A DNA stretch of 64,000 bases from NCBI GenBank assembly GCA_009841265.1, contig VXMB01000009.1, positions 1,725,235 through 1,789,234 on the forward strand. The letters are read 5' to 3'. The stretch is from Gemmatimonadota bacterium (GTDB lineage Bacteria; JAAXHH01). How positions within the stretch are numbered: the first letter of the stretch is position 1; every line of letters begins with the position of its first letter. The position numbers were made by a program, and so were the translations under genes. The notes beneath the pieces are model-generated. The model had not been told where the DNA came from and did not search any database. It was given only the letters and a program-made list of their open reading frames with translations. This document shows, one piece after another, positions 36,187 to 47,702 of the stretch.

Positions 36187-37244
36187 CCGTCTCTGACACG
36201 CCATCCCGCATCCTCGTCATCCGGTTCAGCTCAATGGGCGATATCGTGCTGACCTCGCCGGTCACACGACAGTTGGACCGGCTCTTTCCGGATGCGGAGA
36301 TCGACTTCCTCACGCGCAGTGAATACGCTCCCCTGGCCCGCGCGCTCCCCGGGGTCGCCGAAGTGCAGCGCTTCGATCCAGGCACCGGCCTCTTGAGCCT
36401 CGTCTCCCGCCTGCGCGAAAGACGCTACGACCTGGCGATCGACCTGCACGGGAACCTGCGCAGCAGACTCGTTGCCATGACGGGCATCGCGAGGCGAGTG
36501 CTTCGTTACGACAAACGCCGGTTCGCCCGGATGGCCATCGTCAGGAGGCGAAGGCGGTCCAGGCCCGTACCTCATACGATCGACTGTTATCTGGAAGTGC
36601 TCGACCGGTTCGAAGCAAGCGCCGCACCTGGCCTGGAAGGCGCACAAAACGCAGCGGAGAAGAGGCTGCCGCAACTGAAAGTCGACGAAGCGTCGGCGGC
36701 CATGGTGGAGGAACGACTGGCCGGTGCCGGCATCGGGCCGGATGTCCGTATACTCGGCGTAGCGCCGGGGGCCTCCCATGGTCCGAAACGCTGGCCGCCG
36801 GAGCGGTTTGCCCGGGTAGCGGACCACATGGCGGAATCCCGCGACATGAAGATACTGCTGCTGGGCAGCGAGGCGGACCGGCCGGTCACCGGCGAGGTGG
36901 TCCATGCCATGGAGCGTCCGGCCGTGGACTGGACCGGGGCGACCGATCTCGCGATGCTGCCCGCGGCCGTGCGGCGGTGCGCGCTCCTGGTCAGCAACGA
37001 TTCCGGCCCAATGCACGTGTCCACGGCCGTGGGCACACCCGTGATCGGCGTATTCGGCGCCACCCATCCCCGCCTGGGGTTCGCGCCGGTCGGACCGGCG
37101 GACGCCGCCATAACGCTCGACCTGCCGTGCAGCCCCTGCAGCCTGCACGGGAACCGGGCCTGCCGGTTTCACACGCACGCGTGCATGGTTGATCTCGATC
37201 CCTCGCGCGTAATTGCCGAGGCGGAGCGCCGGGTACCGGTTTAG
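36183..37244 (+). CDS. Glycosyltransferase family 9 (WaaF-like)
   Basis: ILVIRFSSMGDIVL, APGASHGPKRWP, SNDSGPMHVS; ATG 36183 overlaps the upstream stop. Confidence 0.9.
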   Translation: MTVSDTPSRILVIRFSSMGDIVLTSPVTRQLDRLFPDAEIDFLTRSEYAPLARALPGVAEVQRFDPGTGLLSLVSRLRERRYDLAIDLHGNLRSRLVAMTGIARRVLRYDKRRFARMAIVRRRRRSRPVPHTIDCYLEVLDRFEASAAPGLEGAQNAAEKRLPQLKVDEASAAMVEERLAGAGIGPDVRILGVAPGASHGPKRWPPERFARVADHMAESRDMKILLLGSEADRPVTGEVVHAMERPAVDWTGATDLAMLPAAVRRCALLVSNDSGPMHVSTAVGTPVIGVFGATHPRLGFAPVGPADAAITLDLPCSPCSLHGNRACRFHTHACMVDLDPSRVIAEAERRVPV

Positions 37245-37283
37245 CGGAAATAACGCAGGTTGACCGGCGGCTGCGGTGCAGAA

Positions 37284-37811
37284 TTACTCGTCGGCGCCGT
37301 ATTCGAGGAGCGAGAATACGGGACGCTCACCCAGCTTTTTCCGGCCGTCCAGGAAGGATAGTTCGATCAGGAACCCTACGCCGGCCACGACCCCGCCCGC
37401 GTCTTCGACCAGCTGACACGCCGCCGTCGCGGTCCCCCCCGTGGCCAGCAGGTCGTCCACGATGAGCACGCGGTCTCCGGGCCTCACGGCATCCAGGTGC
37501 ATTTCCAACGCGTCCGTGCCGTATTCCAGTTCGAATTCGATCCGCCGCGTCTCCGCCGGGAGCTTGCCGGGCTTGCGCAAGGGAACGACTCCCTTTCCCA
37601 TGTGGTAGGCGAGCACCGGCGCCAGGATGAACCCCCGGGCCTCGATTCCGGCCACGAGATCGATGGAACGCTCCGCGTATTCATCGACGAAACGATCCAC
37701 GGCCTTGCGAAAGGCGGCGGGATCCTTGAAGAGCGTGGTCACGTCTTTGAAGTTGATGCCGGGAATGGGAAAGTCCGGCACGTTGCGGATCTTCTGTTTC
37801 AGGACGTCCAA
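37284..37811 (-). CDS. apt: Adenine phosphoribosyltransferase
   Basis: PDFPIPGINFKD, EARGF, RKPGKLP, LEYG, VDDLLATGGT; TTG start. Confidence 0.95.
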   Translation of the reverse strand: MDVLKQKIRNVPDFPIPGINFKDVTTLFKDPAAFRKAVDRFVDEYAERSIDLVAGIEARGFILAPVLAYHMGKGVVPLRKPGKLPAETRRIEFELEYGTDALEMHLDAVRPGDRVLIVDDLLATGGTATAACQLVEDAGGVVAGVGFLIELSFLDGRKKLGERPVFSLLEYGADE

Positions 37812-37865
37812 TTCACACCTCGATTCAGATACCTTCGAAACCCGATGCGGTGCAGACCGCGCAGG

Positions 37866-40655
37866 TCACTGTTCGAATTCACGTATCCAGTTCTGCACGA
37901 TGGTGAGGGAAGGGCGGGCTTCTTCCGCGTTGGCGGCGATGATGAACGATTCCCCTCCCCTGTACACTTCGTAACCGGGAAACCGCAGGTCGTCGGCGCC
38001 GACCGGGACGCCTTCGAAGAGCGTTTCGGGACGGCCAAACCGGAAACCCTGGCCTTCCACCACGGGTACAGCTATCAGCCTGTTGCCCTCAACGAAATAC
38101 AACATATCGCCCGACGGGCTCCAGCGGGGCGTCCATCCACTGATTGACGAAACCTGCCATCGTCCCGTACTCGTGGGAAACCGGGTCACGAAAACCTGCC
38201 AGCCGGCCCCCTGGTTCGATACGTAGGCCAGGTAGCGGTTGTCCGGCGAAAGGGCGGCCTGAACCACGCGTCCCTGGTCAGCCACGAGCACCTGGGATTC
38301 GGCGCCTTCTTCCGTTGAAACATACCGAACCTGCCCCTGGTGGAAATAAACGAGAAACCGGCCGTCACTGGAGAGCATGGGTCCCCGACCCCTCAGCGAA
38401 TCGGCGGAAAAGACCGTCATTTCGTCCAGGACGTCGAGATCCAAGCGCATGAAAAGGGCATTCTCCCTCGAACGCCCGGGGTTTACGGCCGGGGTAACCG
38501 TGAACACGATCGAGCCGCCGTCCGGTGTGAAGCTCGGTCTGCTGTAGTTCAGATCCGCGAAGGTAAGCCGGGTACCGATACCGCTATCGAGCTCGTACAG
38601 CCACAGCGCGGACTGTCCCCCTTCCTCCCTTTCCACTATGACCTGGTCTTCAGTGGGGGAAAGGACCAGTTCTCTGATCTCTTCCATGGGCTCGCTGATG
38701 ATCCGGTCGATCCGGCCGCGACGATCCACCAGGGCGAGGTGCTTGGGTGACTGGTAGGTTTTCCGGTAAACCATGATCCCGTCGTCGGATACGCTCAGCG
38801 AATTAACGTGCCGGGCAACCAGAAAAGCCTCGCCCGTCATTTCACCGGATCCCGGCGAAAAGGGAACGGCCCAGAGGTCATCCTCGGGATGGGTCGTGGT
38901 CTCCCGGTAGTACAGGAGGTGACCCGACGCATATCCCGCAACGGCGAGAAAGTCGCCCTCCAGGGACAGTATGCGGCGGCCGGACCGGGACGGACTGGGC
39001 GGTCCGGGGAACTCCACGGCAATGCGGGAGGCCGTGATCCGGGCCATCGAGATCATCATACTCAGATCCCCATTCCCCCGGTACTTTTCGCTGAGGTCGG
39101 CGATCACCTGCGGATCGCCCGAGGACGAGACCACGGTGTACAGACGCAGGCCGTACTCGGACAGGACGAGAGGGGAAATCAACGCCCTTTCGTCATTCGT
39201 CCCGTCCGGTTCCAGCAACAGGGCCAGGTCACCCCCGTTTTCGGATACGGCGAATATCCCGCCGCCGGGCCTTACGCCGGCCGTGCTGAAGAGTATCTGG
39301 CCGTCACCGCCCCAGGAGATCCCCATGAGACCCCGTTCCGGCAGATCGCAGAGATGTATCTGACCGCCCCCGTCCGCCGCGACCTTCCAGAGCGACCGTC
39401 TGGCAACGTATCCGATATGGCGGCTGTCGGGTGACCAGAATACCCTTTCGATATCCTCCGTTCCGGGAATCGCCCGACCCTCGTCCTGGTCAAGAAATCG
39501 TACCCAGAGGTGGTTTTCGTGGACATAGGCGAGCATCGAACCATCCGGCGAGATGGCCGCGTTGTCGCGGCCCAGGTTGTCCATGCCCATCTGGAATTTG
39601 CGCAGCGTCGCGCCGGGATTCTCATTCACCGTACCCATTAGCGCCGCGGCGATCAGCGACCCGGCGACCAGGCAGGCGGCGCAGACACCGAGCACGACTG
39701 GATTCCGCAGGAGGGTAAGGGCGGACCCCGGCTGCGATACGCCGCCGGCCGTACCGGCCGCCGGCCCCGCCTCGTGTTCGTTCCGGCTGTCGGACAGGTC
39801 ATGGCACACGTCGAGCACGGACTGGTAGCGGGACCTGGGTTCCTTGCCCATGCAGCGCCGGACGACCCGGTTCAGTAGGGGAGGCACCTTACTGTTCGCC
39901 GCGCTCACCGGTTCCGGGTCATCCTTCAGGGTACTGCTGATGACGGACACGTAGTTATCACCCGTGAAGGGCCGGACGCCCGTCAGCGCCTCGTACATCA
40001 TGACGCCCAGGCTGAAAATATCGCTCCGGTGATCGCCGTTGTTGCCAGTCGCCTGTTCGGGCGACATGTACGCCGGCGTGCCCAGTACCGTGCCGGCCTG
40101 GGTGAGACTCATCGTGGGCCCGGCGCCATCGGTTTCGTCGGAAGGCCCGGAGACGACCCGGGCCAGGCCGAAGTCCAGGACCTTGGGGACGCCGTCGTCG
40201 GAAATCATGACGTTCGCAGGCTTCAGGTCCCGGTGCACCACACCCCGCTCGTGGGCGTGGTCCAGGGCCTCCACGATGGGCATGAACCAGTCGTAGAAGG
40301 ATGCCAGCGGGAGGAGCGTACCGGACAGGTGCTCGTGGAGCGGCCGGCCGGAAACGTATTCCATGGTGATGAAGTACACGGTGGCGGAACCGCCCGGCTC
40401 GCCCGGTCCGCCCGTCCGCGCTTCCTCGATGGCGTACACCTGGGCGATATTCGGGTGGTTCAGCTTGGCGGCCGCCTCCGCCTCGATCCGGAAACGCTGG
40501 AGCAGCGCGGGGTCGCGGGACAGGTCCTCCGGCAGCACCTTCAGGGCAACCCGCCGCTTCAGACGGGTGTCCTCGGCCAGGTAGACCTCACCCATGCCTC
40601 CTCGTCCGAGCGTGCGTTCGATGCGGTAATGGAGGACGGCGTCGCCCTGTTGCAT
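37866..40655 (-). CDS. Hanks-type Ser/Thr kinase with TM helix and TolB/PD40-like beta-propeller
   Basis: LGRGGMGEVY, VALKVL, HRDLKPAN, DFGLA, GTPAYMSPEQ; repeated SPDG/WSP propeller blades. Confidence 0.93.
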   Translation of the reverse strand: MQQGDAVLHYRIERTLGRGGMGEVYLAEDTRLKRRVALKVLPEDLSRDPALLQRFRIEAEAAAKLNHPNIAQVYAIEEARTGGPGEPGGSATVYFITMEYVSGRPLHEHLSGTLLPLASFYDWFMPIVEALDHAHERGVVHRDLKPANVMISDDGVPKVLDFGLARVVSGPSDETDGAGPTMSLTQAGTVLGTPAYMSPEQATGNNGDHRSDIFSLGVMMYEALTGVRPFTGDNYVSVISSTLKDDPEPVSAANSKVPPLLNRVVRRCMGKEPRSRYQSVLDVCHDLSDSRNEHEAGPAAGTAGGVSQPGSALTLLRNPVVLGVCAACLVAGSLIAAALMGTVNENPGATLRKFQMGMDNLGRDNAAISPDGSMLAYVHENHLWVRFLDQDEGRAIPGTEDIERVFWSPDSRHIGYVARRSLWKVAADGGGQIHLCDLPERGLMGISWGGDGQILFSTAGVRPGGGIFAVSENGGDLALLLEPDGTNDERALISPLVLSEYGLRLYTVVSSSGDPQVIADLSEKYRGNGDLSMMISMARITASRIAVEFPGPPSPSRSGRRILSLEGDFLAVAGYASGHLLYYRETTTHPEDDLWAVPFSPGSGEMTGEAFLVARHVNSLSVSDDGIMVYRKTYQSPKHLALVDRRGRIDRIISEPMEEIRELVLSPTEDQVIVEREEGGQSALWLYELDSGIGTRLTFADLNYSRPSFTPDGGSIVFTVTPAVNPGRSRENALFMRLDLDVLDEMTVFSADSLRGRGPMLSSDGRFLVYFHQGQVRYVSTEEGAESQVLVADQGRVVQAALSPDNRYLAYVSNQGAGWQVFVTRFPTSTGRWQVSSISGWTPRWSPSGDMLYFVEGNRLIAVPVVEGQGFRFGRPETLFEGVPVGADDLRFPGYEVYRGGESFIIAANAEEARPSLTIVQNWIREFEQ

Positions 40656-40695
40656 GCGCTTACTCCATGGCGATAGATAGTCCAGCTGCCGATCG

Positions 40696-41751
<1,056 letters not shown>

Positions 41752-41753
41752 GG

Positions 41754-42359
41754 TCAGCCTCCGGAGCTTTGCAGGTCGTTCAACATGGTCATCCACCGGC
41801 CGTGGTCGGTTTCCATCGTGGCGAGGGAGGTCCGCTCGAAGACGAAGGGATAAGCGGTGATCGCCGCCGCATGTTTGAATGGATCGTCGGCGCAGCAGTC
41901 CTCGACGACCGCGGCAAGGAACCCGCGCTGCACGGCGGAAGCCGCGGTCAACAGCACGCAGACGGAAGTTTCCAGTCCCGCAACCAGTATAAAGGATTTA
42001 CGCGCGCGATGTAAATGGGTTAATAGGTCCGGCTGCAGGAAGGCATCGAAGGTCTGCTTGCGCAGGACCGTTTCTCCGGTCCGTTCGGCGGCGCAAGGCA
42101 ACACGCCGGCGCCGGACGTTCCCCGGACGCAGGGCGTCTCCCCCTTGACGCGGTAAGGCGCCATCCAGTCCGTCCCGTCCGATTCGAACTCCGCCCGCAC
42201 ATGCACGATGTCGAGGCCCGAAGATCGGCCATATTCCAGCAGCCTTTCGACATTCGACGGGAAATCCGGAAATGCCTTCGCGGTTGCTGCAGGCCAGAAA
42301 TCACGCTGGACATCGATGAGCAACAGCACAAACCGGCGCCAGTCTGTCTGGTCAGCCAT
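41754..42359 (-). CDS. Cysteine hydrolase / isochorismatase family
   Basis: [27 protein letters not shown]. Confidence 0.85.
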   Translation of the reverse strand: MADQTDWRRFVLLLIDVQRDFWPAATAKAFPDFPSNVERLLEYGRSSGLDIVHVRAEFESDGTDWMAPYRVKGETPCVRGTSGAGVLPCAAERTGETVLRKQTFDAFLQPDLLTHLHRARKSFILVAGLETSVCVLLTAASAVQRGFLAAVVEDCCADDPFKHAAAITAYPFVFERTSLATMETDHGRWMTMLNDLQSSGG

Positions 42360-42580
42360 GGACCTGCTTTCGACTGAAGGTGATTCGTCTGAAGGCGAAA
42401 GAATGTCGTTCCACTTTGACCCGTGGAAACGCGTTGTTCTTCTCTATCAATCATGTGTTAAGTCCGGCTTCGGGCAAGGTGAATTGCTCAGTCGGTGCAG
42501 TCGGTGCAGTAGTTGCCGGTGGAATTTCGTTCCCGTCAAAAAACCTTTATATCAATACGGATATTTCTGCCTTCCCGCCC

Positions 42581-42608
42581 TTGACATTCCCGTGGACCGG
42601 TGTAGATT
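42581..42608 (+). promoter_or_regulatory. Putative promoter of PhyH-enolase operon
   Basis: TTGACA-16 bp-TAGATT. Confidence 0.45.
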
Positions 42609-42674
42609 GAATGCTAACCCTGTTCTACGGCGCGGGCATCGTCCCGCGTCGCATCGTTTTACGGTAAACCTTAC

Positions 42675-43868
42675 ATGCATTTCGATCCTCGGAAACTGTT
42701 CGAAGACGGTTTCGTCGTGCTTCGTGGAGTGGTTCCCCCTGACTGGCTCGGTCCGCTGAGGGACAGCTTCGAGTGCCTGGTGGACCGCCAGCGGGAGATC
42801 TGGGCCCGGGAAAGAAAACCGGACGATCCGCCTGGCGGAGCGTGGGAAACCGGCCACCAGCCCAGGTTGAATTTCGAGACCCTCGTGGACGGGGACACGG
42901 CCAATACGATGGCATTCTGCCTCCACGAGAACACCATGGGCGTCAGCCGGCGCATCATGGGCGCGGAAGCCGCCGGCAACACGGGTTTCTTTTTCATGTG
43001 CAACCCGGTGACCGACCGCGGACCGGCGCCGTGGCACCGGGACATACACCCCATAGACCAGGCGCCGCTGCGGGGTCTCCAGGACGACCTGCTGCACAAC
43101 GCGCCCGGTTACCTCCAGTGGAACATCCCCCTCTACGATGACAACGTGCTCTGGGTCGTGCCGATGAGTCACCGCAGGGGGAACACGGCCGAAGAAAATC
43201 GCTGCCTGGCACAAAACCCCCGCGAACCGCTGCCCGGCGGCGTGCAGGTCGAGCTCAACGCGGGCGACGGTGTGGTCTATACCAACACGATCCTGCACTG
43301 GGGGAGCGACTACAGCGCCAGGACCCGTCGCACCATCCACCTGGGCTTCCGTTCCTACGGCGGGCCGATTTTCCCCTACGTCAACCGGACCTTCCGCGAC
43401 CTCGGCTTCATCGAATGCCTGCCTTCCGATATGCAGACGGTTTTCAAGGACATCCGGCGCAGATATGACGATGAGACCGACCGGATCGAGTACATCTTCC
43501 GCGCGGCCATCGACGGCGACGAGGACGCTTTCCAGGAAGGCGTCGCCGCGCTGCATCCCGGTGAATCAGGACGGATCGTATGCGCCGTGCTCCTTTCCAA
43601 GATCGTGTACAAGATGAGGTTCGCCACCCATCCGGTCCGACCGCACTACGGCAGCGACATCTCGCACGACGAAGACTTGAAACCACGGTTCACCGAAGGC
43701 GAGCTGGACACGCTCTGGCGGCGCTTCGAGCCGCTGGACGAACAAATGCAGTCCGATGCGCTCCAGTACGTGCCGGGATTCCAGTCGGATCCCATGCACT
43801 ACTATTTCGAGGAAATGCCTTCCGGCCTGAATATGGGATCTTTCATGGCGGGATGGCGGAACAACTGA
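42675..43868 (+). CDS. PhyH-family Fe(II)/2OG dioxygenase with C-terminal extension
   Basis: WHRDIH, WNIPL, VVPMSH, AGDGVVY, LHWG..RRT. Confidence 0.75.
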   Translation: MHFDPRKLFEDGFVVLRGVVPPDWLGPLRDSFECLVDRQREIWARERKPDDPPGGAWETGHQPRLNFETLVDGDTANTMAFCLHENTMGVSRRIMGAEAAGNTGFFFMCNPVTDRGPAPWHRDIHPIDQAPLRGLQDDLLHNAPGYLQWNIPLYDDNVLWVVPMSHRRGNTAEENRCLAQNPREPLPGGVQVELNAGDGVVYTNTILHWGSDYSARTRRTIHLGFRSYGGPIFPYVNRTFRDLGFIECLPSDMQTVFKDIRRRYDDETDRIEYIFRAAIDGDEDAFQEGVAALHPGESGRIVCAVLLSKIVYKMRFATHPVRPHYGSDISHDEDLKPRFTEGELDTLWRRFEPLDEQMQSDALQYVPGFQSDPMHYYFEEMPSGLNMGSFMAGWRNN

Positions 43869-43902
43869 CGAGCCGCTATCGCGCCCTCCCGGGGAGACCA
43901 CG

Positions 43903-45021
43903 ATGAAGATCACCGCAGTTTCCGTCTGGACCGTCGTCGTACCCACCATACCCGGCCGGGTGCACAGTCCGGAATACGCGGAGAAGACCGGGTGGGACGA
44001 GGTGCCCAAGCACATCATTCGGGTCGATACCGACACCGAGTACGCCGGGATCGGGGAGACCGGCCGGGGCCTGCCCATCGAACAGGTCCGAGAAGGGGCA
44101 GGGCTGCTCATTGGCCGCGATCCCGAGGAAATCACGCCGCAGGACATCTTCGGGCGCCGCGCCGAACGGGCGGCGGACGACCTCACCGTGGGAGCGGGGC
44201 CGGCCTACGACGCCTACGAGATGGCCGTGCTCGACCTGGTGGGACGGGTCCGGGGGCTGCCCGTGCACACCCTCCTGGGCGGCGCGGTCCGGGACCGGGT
44301 CCGGGCCGATTACTGGATGGGCCACCAGACGCCGGAGGACGGCGCAAAGGCCGTGGAAAGAGGGCTGCGCCTGGGATTCACGGGCGTCAAGATCAAGTGT
44401 CGGCTCGAAGAACCCATGTACGAGCGCTTGAAGGCCATGCGCGACGTGGCCGGTCCGGGATTCAAGGTGACGGTGGACCCCAACGAACGGTTCTACACGG
44501 CCGCCCAGGCCATCGAGCTGGCCGGCCGTCTCGAAACCCTGGGCAACGTGGAGGTCTTCGAGGATCCCATACCCAAGACGGACATCGCGGGCTACGAGGA
44601 GATCCACCGGGCCATCCCCTTCCCCCTGGCCATGCACCTGGGGAACGGGGAAGGGGTCGTGCGCGCCCTGCAGGCGGACGGGGGCCGGGGCGTGGTGGAC
44701 TGCGTGAACCTGGGCGGCAGCATGTTCGGCTTTCAGCGCAACGCCGCCGTGGCCGCCGCGGCCGGCCTTCCCTGCTGGCACGGTTCCGGAAACGACCTGG
44801 GGATCTCGGACACTTCTTTCGTGCACGCCGCCGCCGCCGCGCCGAACTGCACCATGGCCTCCGATTTCGTCGGCGGGTGGACCCGGGAAGACGATCTCAT
44901 CGTAGAGCCCATCTCCTTCGCGGACGGACACGTGCCCACGCCGATGAAACCGGGACTCGGCTGCGACCTGGACTACGACGCGCTGCAGCGGTACACGCAG
45001 CAACACGAGGAGCTGAACTGA
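43903..45021 (+). CDS. Mandelate racemase/muconate lactonizing enzyme family
   Basis: GIGET, KIK, VDPN, FEDP, enolase-superfamily fold. Confidence 0.85.
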   Translation: MKITAVSVWTVVVPTIPGRVHSPEYAEKTGWDEVPKHIIRVDTDTEYAGIGETGRGLPIEQVREGAGLLIGRDPEEITPQDIFGRRAERAADDLTVGAGPAYDAYEMAVLDLVGRVRGLPVHTLLGGAVRDRVRADYWMGHQTPEDGAKAVERGLRLGFTGVKIKCRLEEPMYERLKAMRDVAGPGFKVTVDPNERFYTAAQAIELAGRLETLGNVEVFEDPIPKTDIAGYEEIHRAIPFPLAMHLGNGEGVVRALQADGGRGVVDCVNLGGSMFGFQRNAAVAAAAGLPCWHGSGNDLGISDTSFVHAAAAAPNCTMASDFVGGWTREDDLIVEPISFADGHVPTPMKPGLGCDLDYDALQRYTQQHEELN

Positions 45022-45052
45022 TGCGCCATGCGGAACCACGGAAGGAGCGTCC

Positions 45053-45664
45053 ATGCGGTTGATCGCCGTGGGCTGCGAATACGCCGGGGTCACGACGCTG
45101 ATCGACGGCCTCTACGCCTGGGGAAACGAACGGGGCGTCCACCACCACCTCGACGACCACTTCACCATACCGGACGCGTACCACCTCGACGAAGCGGAGC
45201 AGCAGGGATTCATCGACATGCTGCCGGCCATCAAAGAGCGGTTCCAGCGGTTCCAGATCGTGTACCACGTCCGCCTGATGCACAAGTTCGATCACATTCT
45301 CCTCGGCGGGTTCCACATCGAGGAAATGGTGTACGGACCCCGGTACTATTACCCGGGGATCAACATCGCGGTGCGCGAGTACGAACCGGACATGCCGGAC
45401 GACGCGATCCTCGTCCATCTCCACGCTCGTCCGGAGGTCATCCGGCGGCGCATGGAGACGGACCCCCATCCCCGGCAACTGGTCCCGGCGGAGGACGTCG
45501 AACGCATCCTGGAACGGTTCGATGAAGAGGTCGCGCAGTCGTGGATCCACCGGAAGTTCGACATCGACACGTCCGATCTGACGCCCGGGGAATTGCTGGA
45601 GACCTTCCTTGAACGATCGGTTCCCTTTCTCAACACCCGGGATGCGTTGACCAGGATGCAATGA
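45053..45664 (+). CDS. Hypothetical NMP-kinase-like fold protein with atypical P-loop
   Basis: LIAVGCEYAGVTTL, LVHLHARPEVIRRRM, IDTS. Confidence 0.6.
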   Translation: MRLIAVGCEYAGVTTLIDGLYAWGNERGVHHHLDDHFTIPDAYHLDEAEQQGFIDMLPAIKERFQRFQIVYHVRLMHKFDHILLGGFHIEEMVYGPRYYYPGINIAVREYEPDMPDDAILVHLHARPEVIRRRMETDPHPRQLVPAEDVERILERFDEEVAQSWIHRKFDIDTSDLTPGELLETFLERSVPFLNTRDALTRMQ

Positions 45665-46791
45665 GCATGAAAATAACACACGTGGGGGCCGTACTGCTCC
45701 ATCCCATGCCCTGGGTGCTGGTGAAGGTGAAGACCGACGAGGGGCTGGTCGGCATCGGCGAGGCCTATCACGGCGCCGGTGTCCACCAGATCGCCACCGA
45801 TCCCCGGCTGGTCGAAAGGGCGCTCATCGGCCAGGACCCGCGGAACGTGGACAAGCTTTTTCACGATATGATGGGTTCCATGTCCGCCTCCGGATTCTAC
45901 CAGGGTGCGGTCATGAGCGCCATCAGCGGGATCGAAATGGCCCTGTGGGACATCACGGGACAGGCCTGTGGCGTGCCCATCTGGCAACTGCTCGGCGGCA
46001 AGTTCAGGGACCGCATCCGTGTATACAACGACTGTCACGCGGGAGACGAAGAAACGCCGGAAGCCTACGCGGAGAAGGCCCAGGCCGTGGAAGCCCGGGG
46101 CTTCGACGCCATCAAGTTCGACATCGATCCGCAGCCTTCCCGGCGGGACCGGTACAACCGGACCATCAGCAACCACGACGTGGCCTACTTCGTCGACGTC
46201 ATCACCGCCTTGCGGGAGGCCCTGGATCCCAATACCGACCTGCTCATCGACGCCCACTGGAACTACGCTCCGGTGGACATCCTCAAGGTGGCCTACGCCA
46301 TCGAGGACCTCGACCTGATGTGGCTGGAGGACCCCGTGCCGCCGGAGAACATCGAGGCCATGGCGAAGGTCACCCAGGCCACGCGTGTCCCCATCTGCAC
46401 CGGGGAGAACTTCTATACGCGCCACGGATTCCGGGACCTCATCGAGGCGCAGGCGGCGGACATCATCTCGCCCGATCACGCCAAGGCGGGCGGCCTGCTG
46501 GAGGGCCGGAAGATTGCCGATCTGGCCGACATGTACTACATCCCCATTTCACCGCACAACATCTGCGGCCCCATCGGGACGATGGCCGTGTGCCACCTGT
46601 GCGCGGCAGTACCCAACTTCCAGGTGCTCGAATTCCATCACCTGGACGACGAAGTGTGGAATACGCTGACGGTGGAACGGGACCTGATCCGGGACGGGCA
46701 TATCGACCTGCCCATGACGCCGGGCCTGGGCGTTACGCTGGACGAGGAAGTAGCCCGGCGCGCGGCCCGGGAGGACCTCGGTTTCTTCTGA
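45661..46791 (+). CDS. Mandelate racemase family (acid-sugar dehydratase-like)
   Basis: GLVGIGE, SGIEMALWDI, IKFD, IDAH, WLEDP, TGEN, PHN. Confidence 0.88.
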   Translation: MSMKITHVGAVLLHPMPWVLVKVKTDEGLVGIGEAYHGAGVHQIATDPRLVERALIGQDPRNVDKLFHDMMGSMSASGFYQGAVMSAISGIEMALWDITGQACGVPIWQLLGGKFRDRIRVYNDCHAGDEETPEAYAEKAQAVEARGFDAIKFDIDPQPSRRDRYNRTISNHDVAYFVDVITALREALDPNTDLLIDAHWNYAPVDILKVAYAIEDLDLMWLEDPVPPENIEAMAKVTQATRVPICTGENFYTRHGFRDLIEAQAADIISPDHAKAGGLLEGRKIADLADMYYIPISPHNICGPIGTMAVCHLCAAVPNFQVLEFHHLDDEVWNTLTVERDLIRDGHIDLPMTPGLGVTLDEEVARRAAREDLGFF

Positions 46792-46881
46792 TCATGGACC
46801 GGGAATGTGCGCGGCCGGCCGGGACGCCTGCCGGCCGAGAAGCACATGACCGACCTGGGATTCCAATAGACCACGGATACC

Positions 46882-47628
46882 ATGGGATATGATGCCGAAA
46901 TCGTCGGCCCGCGAATGAACCCGGACCTGACCCCCGAACTGGAACGGGAGGCCGCCTTCTTCCTGAAATGGGGCTATCTGATCGTGGAAGATGCGCTGAC
47001 CTCCGGGCAGATCGAGCAGCTTCGGGACGCCCTCGACGAGACCTTCACCCGGCGCGGCGAGTCCTTCATTCACCAACTACTGGAAGAGGACCAACGGTTT
47101 GCATTCCTGCTGGACAACCCACCCGTCCTGGACCGCATGAAGGCCATACTCGGCAACTGCATCCAGCTGCACAGCGCGACGGCGCGGGTTACGAAACCGG
47201 GCGAACCGGACCAGAACTGGCACAGGGACATACCCTGGCCCAAGGATCCGGAGCCGCCGCCCTACGGCAACGAGCCGGGCCAGATCAACTGCGGGTACTA
47301 CCTCGACCAGCTGACCATGGAAAACGGACCCATCGTCATCGTGCCGGGCAGCCACCGGGCGCCCTTTAAGCCGCCGGAGACCCAGGCCCGTTTTCCGGAC
47401 GAGAAGCATGTACTGGCGAGGCCGGGACAGGCCGTCCTGTTCGACGGCTGGCTCTTTCACCGCGGGGCCGCCAACCAGTCGGACCGCAACCGCAAGGTCT
47501 GCCTGATGTGCTACCAGAACGCCTGGATGAAGTCCCGGGAACCCTTCGACGGCCCACGGGTGACCGCCATGCGGGAGAAGGGAACCCGGGAACAGAAACT
47601 GCTGCTCGGCGCAATCGACCGCTGGTAG
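46882..47628 (+). CDS. PhyH-family dioxygenase
   Basis: WHRD, IVPGSH, LFHRG..N..R. Confidence 0.85.
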   Translation: MGYDAEIVGPRMNPDLTPELEREAAFFLKWGYLIVEDALTSGQIEQLRDALDETFTRRGESFIHQLLEEDQRFAFLLDNPPVLDRMKAILGNCIQLHSATARVTKPGEPDQNWHRDIPWPKDPEPPPYGNEPGQINCGYYLDQLTMENGPIVIVPGSHRAPFKPPETQARFPDEKHVLARPGQAVLFDGWLFHRGAANQSDRNRKVCLMCYQNAWMKSREPFDGPRVTAMREKGTREQKLLLGAIDRW

Positions 47629-47652
47629 CGTAACATGACCGACGTCCTGCCC

Positions 47653-47697
47653 TGAGCGAGATGAGCGAGATGAGCGAGTTGAACGAGATGAGCGAAT
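47653..47697 (+). repeat. Five 9-bp units (TGAGCGAGA) upstream of ybgA-like gene
   Basis: tgagcgaga tgagcgaga tgagcgagt tgaacgaga tgagcgaat; creates in-frame extra ATGs. Confidence 0.85.
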
Positions 47698-47702
47698 TGT
47701 CC

